The notes: generated by a model not told the origin, from the letters alone. Numbered from the stretch's first letter, positions 20,274-29,756 are shown. The stretch is 29,756 nucleotides of DNA from an uncultured Pseudomonadota bacterium (GCA_913020725.1 CAJWCD010000026.1:1-29756), one strand, 5' to 3'. Made by a program: numbers and translations.

Positions 20274-21077
20274 TCAATTTCCTCCTCGTCGGGCAAGGGT
20301 GCCCCGGGTGGGATCGTAACCCCAGATGGCAAGTGTCAGAAACACTAAAGTGCAGACGGCCACATAGGTCAAGGAAAAGGTGTTGAGTTGACCGTAGAGC
20401 GCAAAGCGGATCAGTTCAACGGCGTGAGTGAAGGGGTTGTAGGCGGCAATGTCGTGAAGCAGGATGCTCGACTCCTTCATGCGCCACAGGGGATAGAGCG
20501 CGGAGGAGGCAAAGAACATCGGGAAGATCACGAAATTCATCACGCCCGCGAAATTCTCCAGTTGCTTGACCACGGATGAGATGAACAGCCCCAAGGCTCC
20601 GAACATCAATCCGGAGAGGAAGAGTGCCGGTAGCACAGCGAGGTAGCCCATCAATGGGGCTTCGACCTCCCAAAACCATGCGATCAACAGGTACACCAAG
20701 GATTGCAGGATGGAGATGAACACACCCGCGCAGAGCTTGCTCGTCAACAGAAACCAGCGTGGCAGCGGACTGGTCAGCAGCGTTTTCATGCTGCCCATCT
20801 CGCGGTCATACACCATCGAGAGCGAGGTCTGCATTCCGTTGAAAAGCTGGATCATCCCCAGCAATCCCGGAGTGATGTACACCTCGTAGAGGATATAGGT
20901 TTCGTAGGGTGGAATGATCGAGACACCCAGTGTCGCCCTGAAACCGGCCGCAAAAATGAAGAGCCAGACCAAGGGGCGGACCAAGGACGCGAAGAAGCGG
21001 CTCTTCTGCTGAAGGAAGCGCAGAAACTCCCGCTGGATGATGCCCCCGAAGCAGCGTAGATAATGAATCGGTTTCAC
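20274..21077 (-). CDS. ABC-2-type permease of PQQ-dependent alcohol dehydrogenase systems (PedC/LutF-like)
   Basis: REFLRFLQQKSRF..LVRPLVWLFIFAAGF, LFNGMQTSLSMVYDREMGSM, QLENFAGVMNFVIFPMFFASSALYP; GTGA overlap with the ATPase stop. Confidence 0.93.
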   Translation of the reverse strand: MKPIHYLRCFGGIIQREFLRFLQQKSRFFASLVRPLVWLFIFAAGFRATLGVSIIPPYETYILYEVYITPGLLGMIQLFNGMQTSLSMVYDREMGSMKTLLTSPLPRWFLLTSKLCAGVFISILQSLVYLLIAWFWEVEAPLMGYLAVLPALFLSGLMFGALGLFISSVVKQLENFAGVMNFVIFPMFFASSALYPLWRMKESSILLHDIAAYNPFTHAVELIRFALYGQLNTFSLTYVAVCTLVFLTLAIWGYDPTRGTLARRGGN

Positions 21078-21829
21078 GAGGCGGCTGGCTTTTTCCGGGG
21101 GCGTGTTAGTTTTTGGAAAGCTTCTCGGATGTCCTGTGTTCCGGATTGCTCGACAATTTCCTGCGCCCATCCGTTGGCAATGACTTCGCCCTTGTGGAGG
21201 ATCACCACGCGGTCGGTGGGGAGCACCTCGTCGATCAGGTGGGTTGCCCAAAGCAAGGCCAGTTGTTCCTGCTCACACAACTTCCGGACGTGTTCCAAAA
21301 TCGTTTGTCGGCTGATCAAGTCCAGCCCCACAGTGGGTTCATCCAAGATCATCAACTGCGGTTGGTGCAGCAAGGCCCGCACGATTTCCACCCGCCGCAT
21401 CTGCCCGCCGCTGAGTTGCCGGATTTTCTCGTGGCGGTGTTCCTCCAACCCCAGTCGGCTCAGTTCTTGTGTGCTGCGTTGCTTGGCGTGTGTGCTGTTG
21501 ATTCCGTGGAGCGCGGTGAAGTACAGGAGGTTCTGCTGAACGGTCAGGTCCATGTCCAACGTGCGCTGCTGGAACACCACGCCAAGTTGTTTGAGAGCTG
21601 CGGTGGAGTGGGTGCGGATGTCATGTCCAAAAATGCGAACGGAACCGGAATGCGGATTGTAAAGGCGGGTGATCAGGGAGAACAGCGTGGACTTGCCCGC
21701 GCCATTCTGCCCCAGCAGCACCGTGAAGTCTCCGGGTTCGATCCCAAAAGACACTCTGTTTAGCGCGGGTTTCTTGCCGTAGCTGAAGGAGAGGGAATCA
21801 ACGGTGAGTGCGGAGGTCATGCTCGTCAT
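21074..21829 (-). CDS. ABC transporter ATP-binding protein of PQQ-dependent alcohol dehydrogenase systems (PedB/LutE-like)
   Basis: LLGQNGAGKSTLFSLITRLY, GVVFQQRTLDMDL, LSGGQMRRVE, LDEPTVGLD, LWATHLIDE. Confidence 0.93.
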   Translation of the reverse strand: MTSMTSALTVDSLSFSYGKKPALNRVSFGIEPGDFTVLLGQNGAGKSTLFSLITRLYNPHSGSVRIFGHDIRTHSTAALKQLGVVFQQRTLDMDLTVQQNLLYFTALHGINSTHAKQRSTQELSRLGLEEHRHEKIRQLSGGQMRRVEIVRALLHQPQLMILDEPTVGLDLISRQTILEHVRKLCEQEQLALLWATHLIDEVLPTDRVVILHKGEVIANGWAQEIVEQSGTQDIREAFQKLTRPRKKPAAS

Positions 21830-21839
21830 CAGATGGAGT

Positions 21840-21865
21840 CCGGGTCTTCGCTACGCCTCGCCCGG
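21840..21865. repeat. REP-like palindrome
   Basis: CCGGG-TCTTCGCTACGCCTCG-CCCGG, adjacent to repeat copy 2. Confidence 0.4.
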
Positions 21866-21888
21866 GGGGCAAGTATGGAGATCATATA

Positions 21889-21962
21889 CGACAGCCAGTG
21901 TATGCTACAGGGAGTGTCGTATGCAACTGTTCCAGTTTTTCCGGAGTAGGCGCAAGCGTTCA
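21889..21962 (-). repeat. 74-bp structured dispersed repeat, copy 2 (includes the mrp TGA)
   Basis: 63/74 identity to 5398-5471, same orientation; 8-bp stem ATACGACA/TGTCGTAT. Confidence 0.9.
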
Positions 21963-23042
21963 AAGGGCTTCCAGCGAACGGACAACATTTTCGGCAATGG
22001 TGCGGAAAGCCTGTGTTGCCGGGGAGTCCAGCCCTTGGGACATGACCGGGGTTCCGGTGTCTCCGCCTTGGCGCACAGCGAGTTCGATGGGAATCGCGCC
22101 CAAGAACGGCACGCTCATTTTCTGGCTCGTCTGCTTTGCGCCGTGTTCGCTGAAGATCGGAGTCGCTGTGCCGCAATTGGGACAGACAAAGACGCTCATG
22201 TTCTCGACGATGCCGAGGATGGGAATGTCCACCTTGCCGAACATGCTCACCGCCTTGACTGCATCGAGCAGGGCGACGTCCTGCGGAGTGGAAACGATGA
22301 CCGCACCCGTGATTTCGCAGAGTTGCGAGAGCGTGAGTTGGACATCGCCGGTTCCGGGAGGGAGGTCGAGGATGAGCACATCCCCGCCGGGCCATGCGGT
22401 GTCGCGTAGCATTTGCTCGATCGCCTGATGCACCATCGGACCGCGCCAGATCATCGCAGAATCCTCGTCCACGAGATTGCCGATTGACATGGTGTGAACG
22501 CCGTGGGCTTCGATGGGTTTGAGCTTGTTTTGGAAGACTTCCGGCTTCTGCTCCCGCAGTCCGGTCATGATCGGCAGACTGGGGCCGTAGATGTCGGCAT
22601 CGAACAGTCCAACCGAAAGCCCCTGCTGCTGAAGCGCGAGTGCGAGGTTGATTGAGACGGTGGATTTTCCCACACCGCCCTTGCCGCTTGCCACGGCGAT
22701 CGCGGCGTCATAGTTTTGCAGATAAGCGGTGCGTTTCGGTTGCTGAAGCGGACGCTGTGGAGCAGCCTGCGGCGGGACATTTTCCTCGGAATCGTCCGGA
22801 CGCTCCGAGACGATGTCCACAACGACTCGCTTGATGATTCCAAGCGGGAGAATCGCCTTTTCGATCTGTGCAGGCAGGGTGCCACGCAACGGCGAATCTT
22901 CCGGAAGCAAGAGGGTGAATTTTGCAAAATCATCGCTGACGATGCAACTATTGAGGATTTCCGTTTCCGTGAGTGTTTGCCCGGAATTGGAGAGTGTGAT
23001 GGTAGCGAGGGCGCTTTCGAACTGTTCTTGCAGGGTGGCCAT
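21960..23042 (-). CDS. mrp: Mrp/ApbC/NBP35-family Fe-S cluster carrier ATPase
   Basis: AVASGKGGVGKST, DADIYGPS, WRGPM, DLPPGTGD, STPQ, ENMS..CPNC; ATG 23042. Confidence 0.95.
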   Translation of the reverse strand: MATLQEQFESALATITLSNSGQTLTETEILNSCIVSDDFAKFTLLLPEDSPLRGTLPAQIEKAILPLGIIKRVVVDIVSERPDDSEENVPPQAAPQRPLQQPKRTAYLQNYDAAIAVASGKGGVGKSTVSINLALALQQQGLSVGLFDADIYGPSLPIMTGLREQKPEVFQNKLKPIEAHGVHTMSIGNLVDEDSAMIWRGPMVHQAIEQMLRDTAWPGGDVLILDLPPGTGDVQLTLSQLCEITGAVIVSTPQDVALLDAVKAVSMFGKVDIPILGIVENMSVFVCPNCGTATPIFSEHGAKQTSQKMSVPFLGAIPIELAVRQGGDTGTPVMSQGLDSPATQAFRTIAENVVRSLEAL

Positions 23043-23151
23043 GAAGTCTGTGAGTGTAGGAAAACCTGTGGGTTCGGCTTCCGATTGTTGGCAAAGACTG
23101 GTACGCTCAATAGTTTTCCATTTCTGGCTTAAAACGCAAGCATCCCGATTC

Positions 23152-24549
23152 ATGTCCCTGATCGTTCAAAAATTTGGTGGCACCAGCCTTGGCACAGGCG
23201 AGCGGCTGCAAAACGTCGCCCGCATCGTGCAATCCGGCACCACCGACCATCAGTCCATCGTGGTGGTTTCGGCGATGAGCAGCTACACCAAGGCCGAGGG
23301 CACGACCAGCCGCTTGCTCGAAGCCGGGCAGCAGGCACTGGCCAATGGACCGTTCTTCCGGATTCTCGACCTTGTGGAGCAGGCGCATTTTGAGGCGTTG
23401 GAGCAAGCGATTCCGGACCCCGAGATTCAGGAGGAAATCCGGGAATTCGTGCATCAGGAATTGCAGGCGCTCAAGTCCTTTCTCGACGCAATCCACGTCA
23501 TCCGCGAAATTTCTCCGCGCTCGCAGGATTTGATTGTGGGCACAGGCGAGCGGCTTTCGGCACGATTGCTCTCTGGAGTGCTGCGCAGCATGGGAGTAGA
23601 AGCGGAGTACACGGATCTTTCAGAAATCCTCAGCAACGGCGGGGACACCAACGATGAGGCGTTTTACCAGCAGCTTCAACACGCGATTCGCGCCAAGCTG
23701 CCGTCCACACACTGCGTTCCGGTGGTGACGGGCTTCATCGGCTTTGTGCCGGGTGGCATCATCGAGCGTATCGGACGCGGTTACACGGACCTCACCGCCG
23801 CGTTGATCGCGGCAGAACTGCAAGCCGAGGAACTGCAAATCTGGAAAGAGGTGGACGGCATTTTCTCCGCTGATCCCCGCAAAGTGCCGAATGCCCACGT
23901 GCTGGACGCGATTTCACCGACCGAAGCCGCAGAACTGACCTATTTCGGTTCAGAAGTGATCCACCCGTTCACGATGGAGCGGGCGATCCAGCACAAGGTC
24001 GCCATTCGCATCAAGAACACCTTTGCTCCGGAAAAGCCCGGAACCGTGATCGTTCCGGAAGGCATGGACGATGACGCCTTGGCGACCCGCAGATTGCAAA
24101 ACCGAGTGGCGGTTGCTGTGACCACGAAGAACCACGTTCGTGTGGTCAACGTCAACTCCAACCGCATGCTCCACGCCTCCGGGTTCATCGGTCAAGTGTT
24201 TGATGCCTTCCGCAAGCACAAGGTGGTCATTGATCTGATCTCGACCTCGGAGGTGAACATTTCTTGCACCATCGATAAATCGGATCGGCTGGACGAACTG
24301 GTCGAGGATTTGGGTGCGTTGGGCGATGTCACGTTGAAACACGACCGCGCCATCCTCAGCCTTGTGGGCGAAGGCATGCAAGCGCATGTGGGGGTGGCCG
24401 GACGGATGTTCTCGGCACTGGCTTCCGCCGAAGTGAACATCGAACTCATCACACAGGGAGCTTCCGAAATCAACATCTCCTGCGTGATTCAGCAGCAGGA
24501 CGCGGCCACGGCGATTCAGGCGGTTCACCAGCATTTTCTGGAAGGTTGA
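23152..24549 (+). CDS. lysC: Aspartate kinase with two ACT domains, fungal Hom3-like
   Basis: VQKFGGTS, GERLS, GRGYTD, DGIFSADPRKV, ISTSEVNIS, ITQGASEINISCV; ATG 23152. Confidence 0.95.
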   Translation: MSLIVQKFGGTSLGTGERLQNVARIVQSGTTDHQSIVVVSAMSSYTKAEGTTSRLLEAGQQALANGPFFRILDLVEQAHFEALEQAIPDPEIQEEIREFVHQELQALKSFLDAIHVIREISPRSQDLIVGTGERLSARLLSGVLRSMGVEAEYTDLSEILSNGGDTNDEAFYQQLQHAIRAKLPSTHCVPVVTGFIGFVPGGIIERIGRGYTDLTAALIAAELQAEELQIWKEVDGIFSADPRKVPNAHVLDAISPTEAAELTYFGSEVIHPFTMERAIQHKVAIRIKNTFAPEKPGTVIVPEGMDDDALATRRLQNRVAVAVTTKNHVRVVNVNSNRMLHASGFIGQVFDAFRKHKVVIDLISTSEVNISCTIDKSDRLDELVEDLGALGDVTLKHDRAILSLVGEGMQAHVGVAGRMFSALASAEVNIELITQGASEINISCVIQQQDAATAIQAVHQHFLEG

Positions 24550-25181
24550 TGTCTCCGGCAACGGTGCGGACGTTTTTCCGCAAGCTTTCGGAAGCGATTC
24601 CGGAACCGACCACGGAGTTGCAGCACAGCAACCCGTTTGAACTGCTGATTTCTGTGATCTTGAGCGCACAGGCGACCGACAAATCTGTCAACAAGGTCAC
24701 GCCCGCGTTGTTTGCGAACTATCCAGACCCGGCCTCAATGCAGGCAGCCGGGGAGTTTGAGGTGCTGTCCCACATCCGCACGATTGGACTTGCCCCAACA
24801 AAAGCGAAGCATGTGGTGAAAACCTGCGGTCAGTTGGTGGAATTGCACGGCGGAAACGTCCCCCGGACCCGTGAGGCGTTGGAAGCGCTTGCGGGGGTGG
24901 GACGCAAAACCGCAAACGTGATCCTCAACACTGCGTTTGGCGAGCCGACTATTGCCGTGGACACGCACATCTTCCGGGTCTCGAATCGCACGGGTTTGGC
25001 TCCCGGAAAGGATGTCTTGCAGGTGGAACACAGACTGCTAGAGACGGTGCCCCGCAAATACCGCAAGGATGCCCACCACTTGCTGATCCTGCATGGACGC
25101 TACACCTGCAAGGCTCGCACTCCAGAATGTGGTCAGTGCGTGGTCTTCCGGCAGTGTGCATGGACCGAGAAAGAGCGTTGA
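24549..25181 (+). CDS. nth: Endonuclease III
   Basis: PFELLISVILSAQATD, HhH LAGVGRKTANV, AVDTHIFRV, 4Fe-4S motif CKARTPECGQC..C. Confidence 0.97.
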   Translation: MSPATVRTFFRKLSEAIPEPTTELQHSNPFELLISVILSAQATDKSVNKVTPALFANYPDPASMQAAGEFEVLSHIRTIGLAPTKAKHVVKTCGQLVELHGGNVPRTREALEALAGVGRKTANVILNTAFGEPTIAVDTHIFRVSNRTGLAPGKDVLQVEHRLLETVPRKYRKDAHHLLILHGRYTCKARTPECGQCVVFRQCAWTEKER

Positions 25182-25193
25182 CCAAGAAATCAC

Positions 25194-25493
25194 ATGAGCC
25201 GCGTCGATGAAATCTTGGAGATGATCCGCAGGGTGATGCGCGACCACGCCCATGAATTGGCAGGGCGCCGTGTGTTGCTTTTCGGTTCACGTGCTGAGGG
25301 AACGGCGCAGGAACGTTCCGATTTTGATGTCGGGGTGGACGGCTCAGACCCCCTGCCACTGGAGGTTTTTTACCAAGTCGAGGATGCGCTGGACGAACTG
25401 CCAATGCTCTACCGCATTGACTGGGTGGATCTCAATAACGTCTCCCCGGACTTCCGGGAGTCGGCCTTGCTGCCACACGAAGGTGCTTCATGA
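25194..25493 (+). CDS. Minimal nucleotidyltransferase (MNT; MntA/HI0073-like antitoxin)
   Basis: LFGSRAEGTAQERSDFDVGV (GSx10DxD), IDWVDL; ATGA overlap with the HEPN gene. Confidence 0.9.
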   Translation: MSRVDEILEMIRRVMRDHAHELAGRRVLLFGSRAEGTAQERSDFDVGVDGSDPLPLEVFYQVEDALDELPMLYRIDWVDLNNVSPDFRESALLPHEGAS

Positions 25494-25873
25494 TGCCGCA
25501 ACCGTTGCTTGAAGACTACGCCAAAGCCTTGCTCGAATTGGAACAGGCTCTGGCGGAGTCTTCAGAAAACCAACTGATTCAGGCGGGTTGCATCCAATAC
25601 TTCGAGTTCTGCTTTGAGTTGGCGTGGAAGAGCGTCAAGTCCGTTGCGGAACAGGAAGGGCTGGAATGCCATTCTCCCAAGACCTGCTTGAAGGTTGCTC
25701 ATCAAAATGGCTGGGTTGAAGAAGAACCCCTTTGGTTGGAGATGCTGGCCTCCCGCAACCGCATGTCGCACACCTGCGATTCAAGTACCGCGCTCAGTAT
25801 CTATCACCACCTGACCGAGTTTCTACAGACATTGCAGCAGTTGCATCTCAACTTGAAAACCCACTGTGGCTAA
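25490..25873 (+). CDS. HEPN protein of the HI0074 nucleotidyltransferase-substrate-binding family (putative toxin)
   Basis: [27 protein letters not shown] (Rx4H). Confidence 0.9.
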   Translation: MMPQPLLEDYAKALLELEQALAESSENQLIQAGCIQYFEFCFELAWKSVKSVAEQEGLECHSPKTCLKVAHQNGWVEEEPLWLEMLASRNRMSHTCDSSTALSIYHHLTEFLQTLQQLHLNLKTHCG

Positions 25874-26909
25874 CCCGCAAAAGACCGCCCTCATCACTGG
25901 TGTGACGGGGCAGGATGGAGCCTACCTTGCCGAATTGCTGTTGCAGAAGGGGTACATTGTCCACGGCATCAAGCGCCGCAGTTCCAGCTTCAACACCGGG
26001 CGCATTGACCCCTTCTATCAAGACCCCCATGTGGATCACCGTAATTTTATTTTGCACTACGGCGACCTCACAGACGCAACGAACCTGATCCGGATCCTTC
26101 AGGAAACGCAGCCTGATGAACTCTATAACTTGGCGGCCCAAAGCCATGTGAAGGTCAGCTTTGAGACTCCGGAGTACACGGCGAACTCCGATGCGCTCGG
26201 CACCTTGCGGTTGCTGGAAGCGATCCGGATTCTCGGCTTGGAGCAAAAAACGCGGTTTTATCAGGCCTCCACCTCCGAATTGTACGGAAAGGTGCAGGAA
26301 ATCCCACAAACCGAAACCACCCCGTTTTATCCACGCAGCCCCTATGCGGTGGCCAAGCTCTACGCCTACTGGATCACGGTCAACTACCGCGAAGCCTACG
26401 GACTGCACGCGAGCAATGGCATTCTCTTCAATCACGAGTCGCCCCTGCGTGGGGAAACCTTTGTGACCCGCAAGATCACGATGGCGGCCGCCAAGATCGT
26501 TCGTGGTCAGCAGGAGTGCCTACATTTGGGAAATCTTGATGCAAGGCGGGACTGGGGACACGCCCGCGACTATGCGGACGGGATGTGGAGGATGCTCCAG
26601 CAACCAGAACCAGACGATTATGTGCTGGCAACCGGAGTGACCACCTCAGTTCGGGAATTTACGGCAAAGGCGTTTGCGGTCGCGGGCATGGAACTGAAAT
26701 GGGAAGGCGACGGGGTGGACGAATTGGGACGAGACGCGAATACGGGTGCAACACGGGTCCGGGTTGATCCTCAGTATTTTCGCCCTACTGAAGTGGATTT
26801 GATGCTCGGAGATGCCTCAAAAGCACACGCAAAGCTGGGATGGAATCCCGTGTGCGCTCTGGATGAGTTGGTCACAGAGATGGTCCAGGCGGACCTGGAG
26901 CGTGCATGA
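25866..26909 (+). CDS. gmd: GDP-mannose 4,6-dehydratase
   Basis: [65 protein letters not shown]. Confidence 0.98.
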   Translation: MANPQKTALITGVTGQDGAYLAELLLQKGYIVHGIKRRSSSFNTGRIDPFYQDPHVDHRNFILHYGDLTDATNLIRILQETQPDELYNLAAQSHVKVSFETPEYTANSDALGTLRLLEAIRILGLEQKTRFYQASTSELYGKVQEIPQTETTPFYPRSPYAVAKLYAYWITVNYREAYGLHASNGILFNHESPLRGETFVTRKITMAAAKIVRGQQECLHLGNLDARRDWGHARDYADGMWRMLQQPEPDDYVLATGVTTSVREFTAKAFAVAGMELKWEGDGVDELGRDANTGATRVRVDPQYFRPTEVDLMLGDASKAHAKLGWNPVCALDELVTEMVQADLERA

Positions 26910-28246
26910 CTTCTCCCGCTCTCATTTTTTCCAAGGCCCACCAATTTCTTCAAGAACACCTTGGACTCAATTACCAAAAATATGCCACCAGTACGCTCTG
27001 GATGATGTCGGAGCGGGTGCTGCGGCTGGGCATCAACCTCTTTGTCAGCGTCTGGGTTGCTCGCTATCTGGGGCCGGAACGCTTCGGCAGCCTGCATTTC
27101 ACCCTCAGTTATGTGGATTTGTTCGGGGCAATCGCGCTGATGGGATTGGACCAGATTATCGTCCGCGAACTGGTCAAGCAACCGCATCAAAAAGAGCGGA
27201 TCCTTGCATCGGCTTTCATGGTCAAATGTGCAGGTGCCTTGAGCGCTTGGTTGCTGATGGCCCTGACGTGGCCTTGGCTGAACACAACTCCTGCTGAAGA
27301 ACTCATGGTCTTATGGCTCGCAGGAGGAGTGGTGTTTCAGATTTTTGGAGTCTTTGATTTTCACTTTCAGGCGACCGTCAAGGCGCAATACATTGCGTGG
27401 GTCCAGATGTCGCAGACCGTGATCGGTTCAGCGGTCAAGATTTATTTGCTCTTGATTCAAGCAGAATTGCCGTGGTTCGCAATGGTGTACGCCATGGAAA
27501 ACGCCCTGCAGGCACTGCTGTTATATTTGTTTCATTATCGAGTTTTCGGGCAGGTCCGCCTTCTGAAGGGGAAACTGAGTCTAGGTTTGGAGTTGCTCCG
27601 GGATTCTTGGCCGCTTATGCTGTCGGGGGTTTCCCAGATGATCTACCTCCGAGTTGATCAGGTGATGCTCCAACAGATGGTGGGAGCAGAGGCAACAGGT
27701 CATTATGCTGCAGCAACGAGAATCAGTCAGGCATGGTACTTCTTTCCTGTGATCATCTGTAATGTAGTGTTTCCTAATATTGTCAAATCCAGAGTGGTGG
27801 AGAGTGTGATGCTTTATAATAAACGCATCATTAATCTGTTTTCATTAATGATTTGGTCAGGAATTACTGTTTCCGTTGCAGTTTCACTGGTTTCAGTTTT
27901 TATGATTGAGTTGCTCTACGGTGTTGCTTATAAAGAAAGTGCAGCAATTCTTCAAGTGCATATTTTTGCAGGAATTTTTGTTGCTCTTGGTATTGCCATC
28001 AATAAAAAAGATGTCTGCGAAGCAAAGGAGATGAACATCATGATTCGTTACTTGATTGGATTGGTCTTGAATGTGGTCTTGAATGTGTTTCTGATCCAAA
28101 AGTATGGCGGCTGGGGAGCAGCATTGGCTACGCTTTTTTCAAACGTTGCCTTTGCTTATGTCAGCCTTCTTTTCATAAAAGGAGGTCGAGAAAACTTTAT
28201 GTTGGCAACGAGATCATTGGTGCCTGTTCACTTGCTTAGAAAATAA
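26906..28246 (+). CDS. wzx: Wzx-type polysaccharide flippase
   Basis: About 12 hydrophobic segments; [46 protein letters not shown]. Confidence 0.9.
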   Translation: MTSPALIFSKAHQFLQEHLGLNYQKYATSTLWMMSERVLRLGINLFVSVWVARYLGPERFGSLHFTLSYVDLFGAIALMGLDQIIVRELVKQPHQKERILASAFMVKCAGALSAWLLMALTWPWLNTTPAEELMVLWLAGGVVFQIFGVFDFHFQATVKAQYIAWVQMSQTVIGSAVKIYLLLIQAELPWFAMVYAMENALQALLLYLFHYRVFGQVRLLKGKLSLGLELLRDSWPLMLSGVSQMIYLRVDQVMLQQMVGAEATGHYAAATRISQAWYFFPVIICNVVFPNIVKSRVVESVMLYNKRIINLFSLMIWSGITVSVAVSLVSVFMIELLYGVAYKESAAILQVHIFAGIFVALGIAINKKDVCEAKEMNIMIRYLIGLVLNVVLNVFLIQKYGGWGAALATLFSNVAFAYVSLLFIKGGRENFMLATRSLVPVHLLRK

Positions 28247-28329
28247 CTTGGTGCAGAATAAACAGTCAAGCACAGTTTGTGTTTACTCGTTTGCAGGCTG
28301 GAGTTCAATTTGATTTTCCTGGAAGGATT

Positions 28330-29502
28330 ATGATGCGTGAGTGGCTCCGTTGCCTGAAGGCATCGTTGTATGTTTTGCTCGATACGCTGGCATTGGCAGT
28401 GCCGGTAGTGCGCACCCAACCGGAGAAACCTGTGGTTCTTCTCATCCGAGTGGATGCCATTGGGGATTTCGTACTCTGGCTGGATACGGCGCAGGAGGAT
28501 CGCAAGCTTTATCCTTCAGAGGAATATCGAATCGTGCTGGTGGGGAACAAACTTTGGGGAGAATTGGCAGAATCTCTTCCCTACTGGGACGAGATAATCG
28601 CCATTGATCCCAACACCCTCAAGAGTCGGTTGTGGTACCGGAGGGAGACCCTACGCCGGATCCGGAGTTTGAACGCAGTGGTCGCCATCCAGCCAACGTA
28701 TTCGTCGGACATCTATCTGGGTGATTCACTGGTTCGAGCCTCCGCTGCAAAGGAACGCATCGGCTTCACAGGAGATTTGAGTAACAGCAACCTCTTCAAG
28801 GCTTGGCTATCCCGAAGGTGGTACACTCGAAGAATCTCGGCCTCGCTGGAGCCTAAGCACGAACTGGAGCGAAACGCCGAGTTCCTCGGCGAACTGTTTG
28901 GAGTGCCGCATCAATCTCAAATGCCTCAGTTGTCAATAGGGTTTGACACAAAACCATGTGGTGACTATTTTGTTGTGGTTCCTGGAGCCGGTAGAACTTT
29001 GAAGGAGTGGCCTCTGTCCTCCTTCGTAGCGGTTCTGAACCAAATTCAAATGCAGTGGGGTTGGCATGCCCTTATAATTGGAGGATCAAAAGATGAGTTT
29101 CTGGGGAGCAAACTTCAGCAACATGCTACTGGGCACGTAAAAAATCTTGCAGGAAAGCAGAGCCTCAGTGAAGTCGCTAGGTTGTTGAAGGATGCAAGAT
29201 TGGTGATAAGTAATGATACGGGCACTGTCCATATGGCAACTGCTATGAAGATTCCAACCATTTGTATTCTTGGGGGGGGGCATTACGGTCGTTTCATGCC
29301 TTACCCCAAGTCTATTCATCCAGAGAATCTTGCAGTCGTCCATCACCACATGCCTTGCTACAGTTGCAACTGGGGATGCATTTATTCAATTTCAGAACAT
29401 GATGCGGCTCCCTGTGTTTCAAAGGTGACTCCGGAATCGGTGTTGGATATGGTTGACCAACTTATCCCGCTTTCCTCAGAACAAATCGATGCTGAAAACT
29501 GA
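28330..29502 (+). CDS. Glycosyltransferase family 9 (heptosyltransferase-like)
   Basis: IRVDAIGDFVL, HELERN, PGAG..KEWP, ISNDTGTVHMA, CYSCNWGC; ATG 28330/28333 after GGAAGG. Confidence 0.9.
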   Translation: MMREWLRCLKASLYVLLDTLALAVPVVRTQPEKPVVLLIRVDAIGDFVLWLDTAQEDRKLYPSEEYRIVLVGNKLWGELAESLPYWDEIIAIDPNTLKSRLWYRRETLRRIRSLNAVVAIQPTYSSDIYLGDSLVRASAAKERIGFTGDLSNSNLFKAWLSRRWYTRRISASLEPKHELERNAEFLGELFGVPHQSQMPQLSIGFDTKPCGDYFVVVPGAGRTLKEWPLSSFVAVLNQIQMQWGWHALIIGGSKDEFLGSKLQQHATGHVKNLAGKQSLSEVARLLKDARLVISNDTGTVHMATAMKIPTICILGGGHYGRFMPYPKSIHPENLAVVHHHMPCYSCNWGCIYSISEHDAAPCVSKVTPESVLDMVDQLIPLSSEQIDAEN

Positions 29503-29756
29503 AAACATCACGCTGGTGCGTACTAGAATTTAGTCAAAAAATAGGCAGAGTTGCTGGAAGAATGTTAAATATGCGAAACAAAACAGTCATAAAATGAGCT
29601 CTTTAGTAGTAACATTTATTGTGATTAACATAGTTTTTGTAAAGCTGTACCAGCCAAAAGTATACTCATTTTTCTGGTTGTATTTTTTGTACAGTTTAAT
29701 TTTTTATTACATAAAAACAATCCTTATTCATCCAGGTTTATAATTAGAAATAATGC

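Noticed and set aside
22813..23153. Overlapping N-terminal extensions of lysC and mrp
   Set aside because: The conserved starts are at 23152 (MSLIVQKFGG) and about 23042; the gap is a divergent promoter region.
29594..29743. 49-aa hydrophobic ORF at the window end
   Set aside because: Short, AT-rich and without recognisable motif or clear RBS; it cannot be supported without the downstream sequence.

Overview
Bacterial chromosomal window; a SAR324/deltaproteobacteria-like origin is a guess from gene content only. About 131-21829 is a nearly all minus-strand C1/sulfur island. It holds a lanthanide-type PQQ methanol dehydrogenase module (xoxF-xoxG-xoxJ), the glutathione-dependent formaldehyde pathway (gfa, frmA/flhA, fghA), a split PedA1A2BC/Lut-like ABC transporter, a second NitT/TauT-type ABC transporter and an AraC regulator. 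Interleaved with these is a partial Sox set: soxY with a non-canonical GGCT arm, soxZ, soxC, soxD and fccAB, with no soxAXB in the window. The right part holds mrp/apbC, an aspartokinase closely resembling fungal Hom3, nth, an MNT-HEPN pair and the start of a surface-polysaccharide locus (gmd, wzx, GT9). Non-coding signals include a 74-bp structured direct repeat starting at the stop codons of frmA and mrp, a shared 42-bp putative AraC operator upstream of xoxF and gfa, and roughly 7-fold enrichment of the palindrome TCCGGA.
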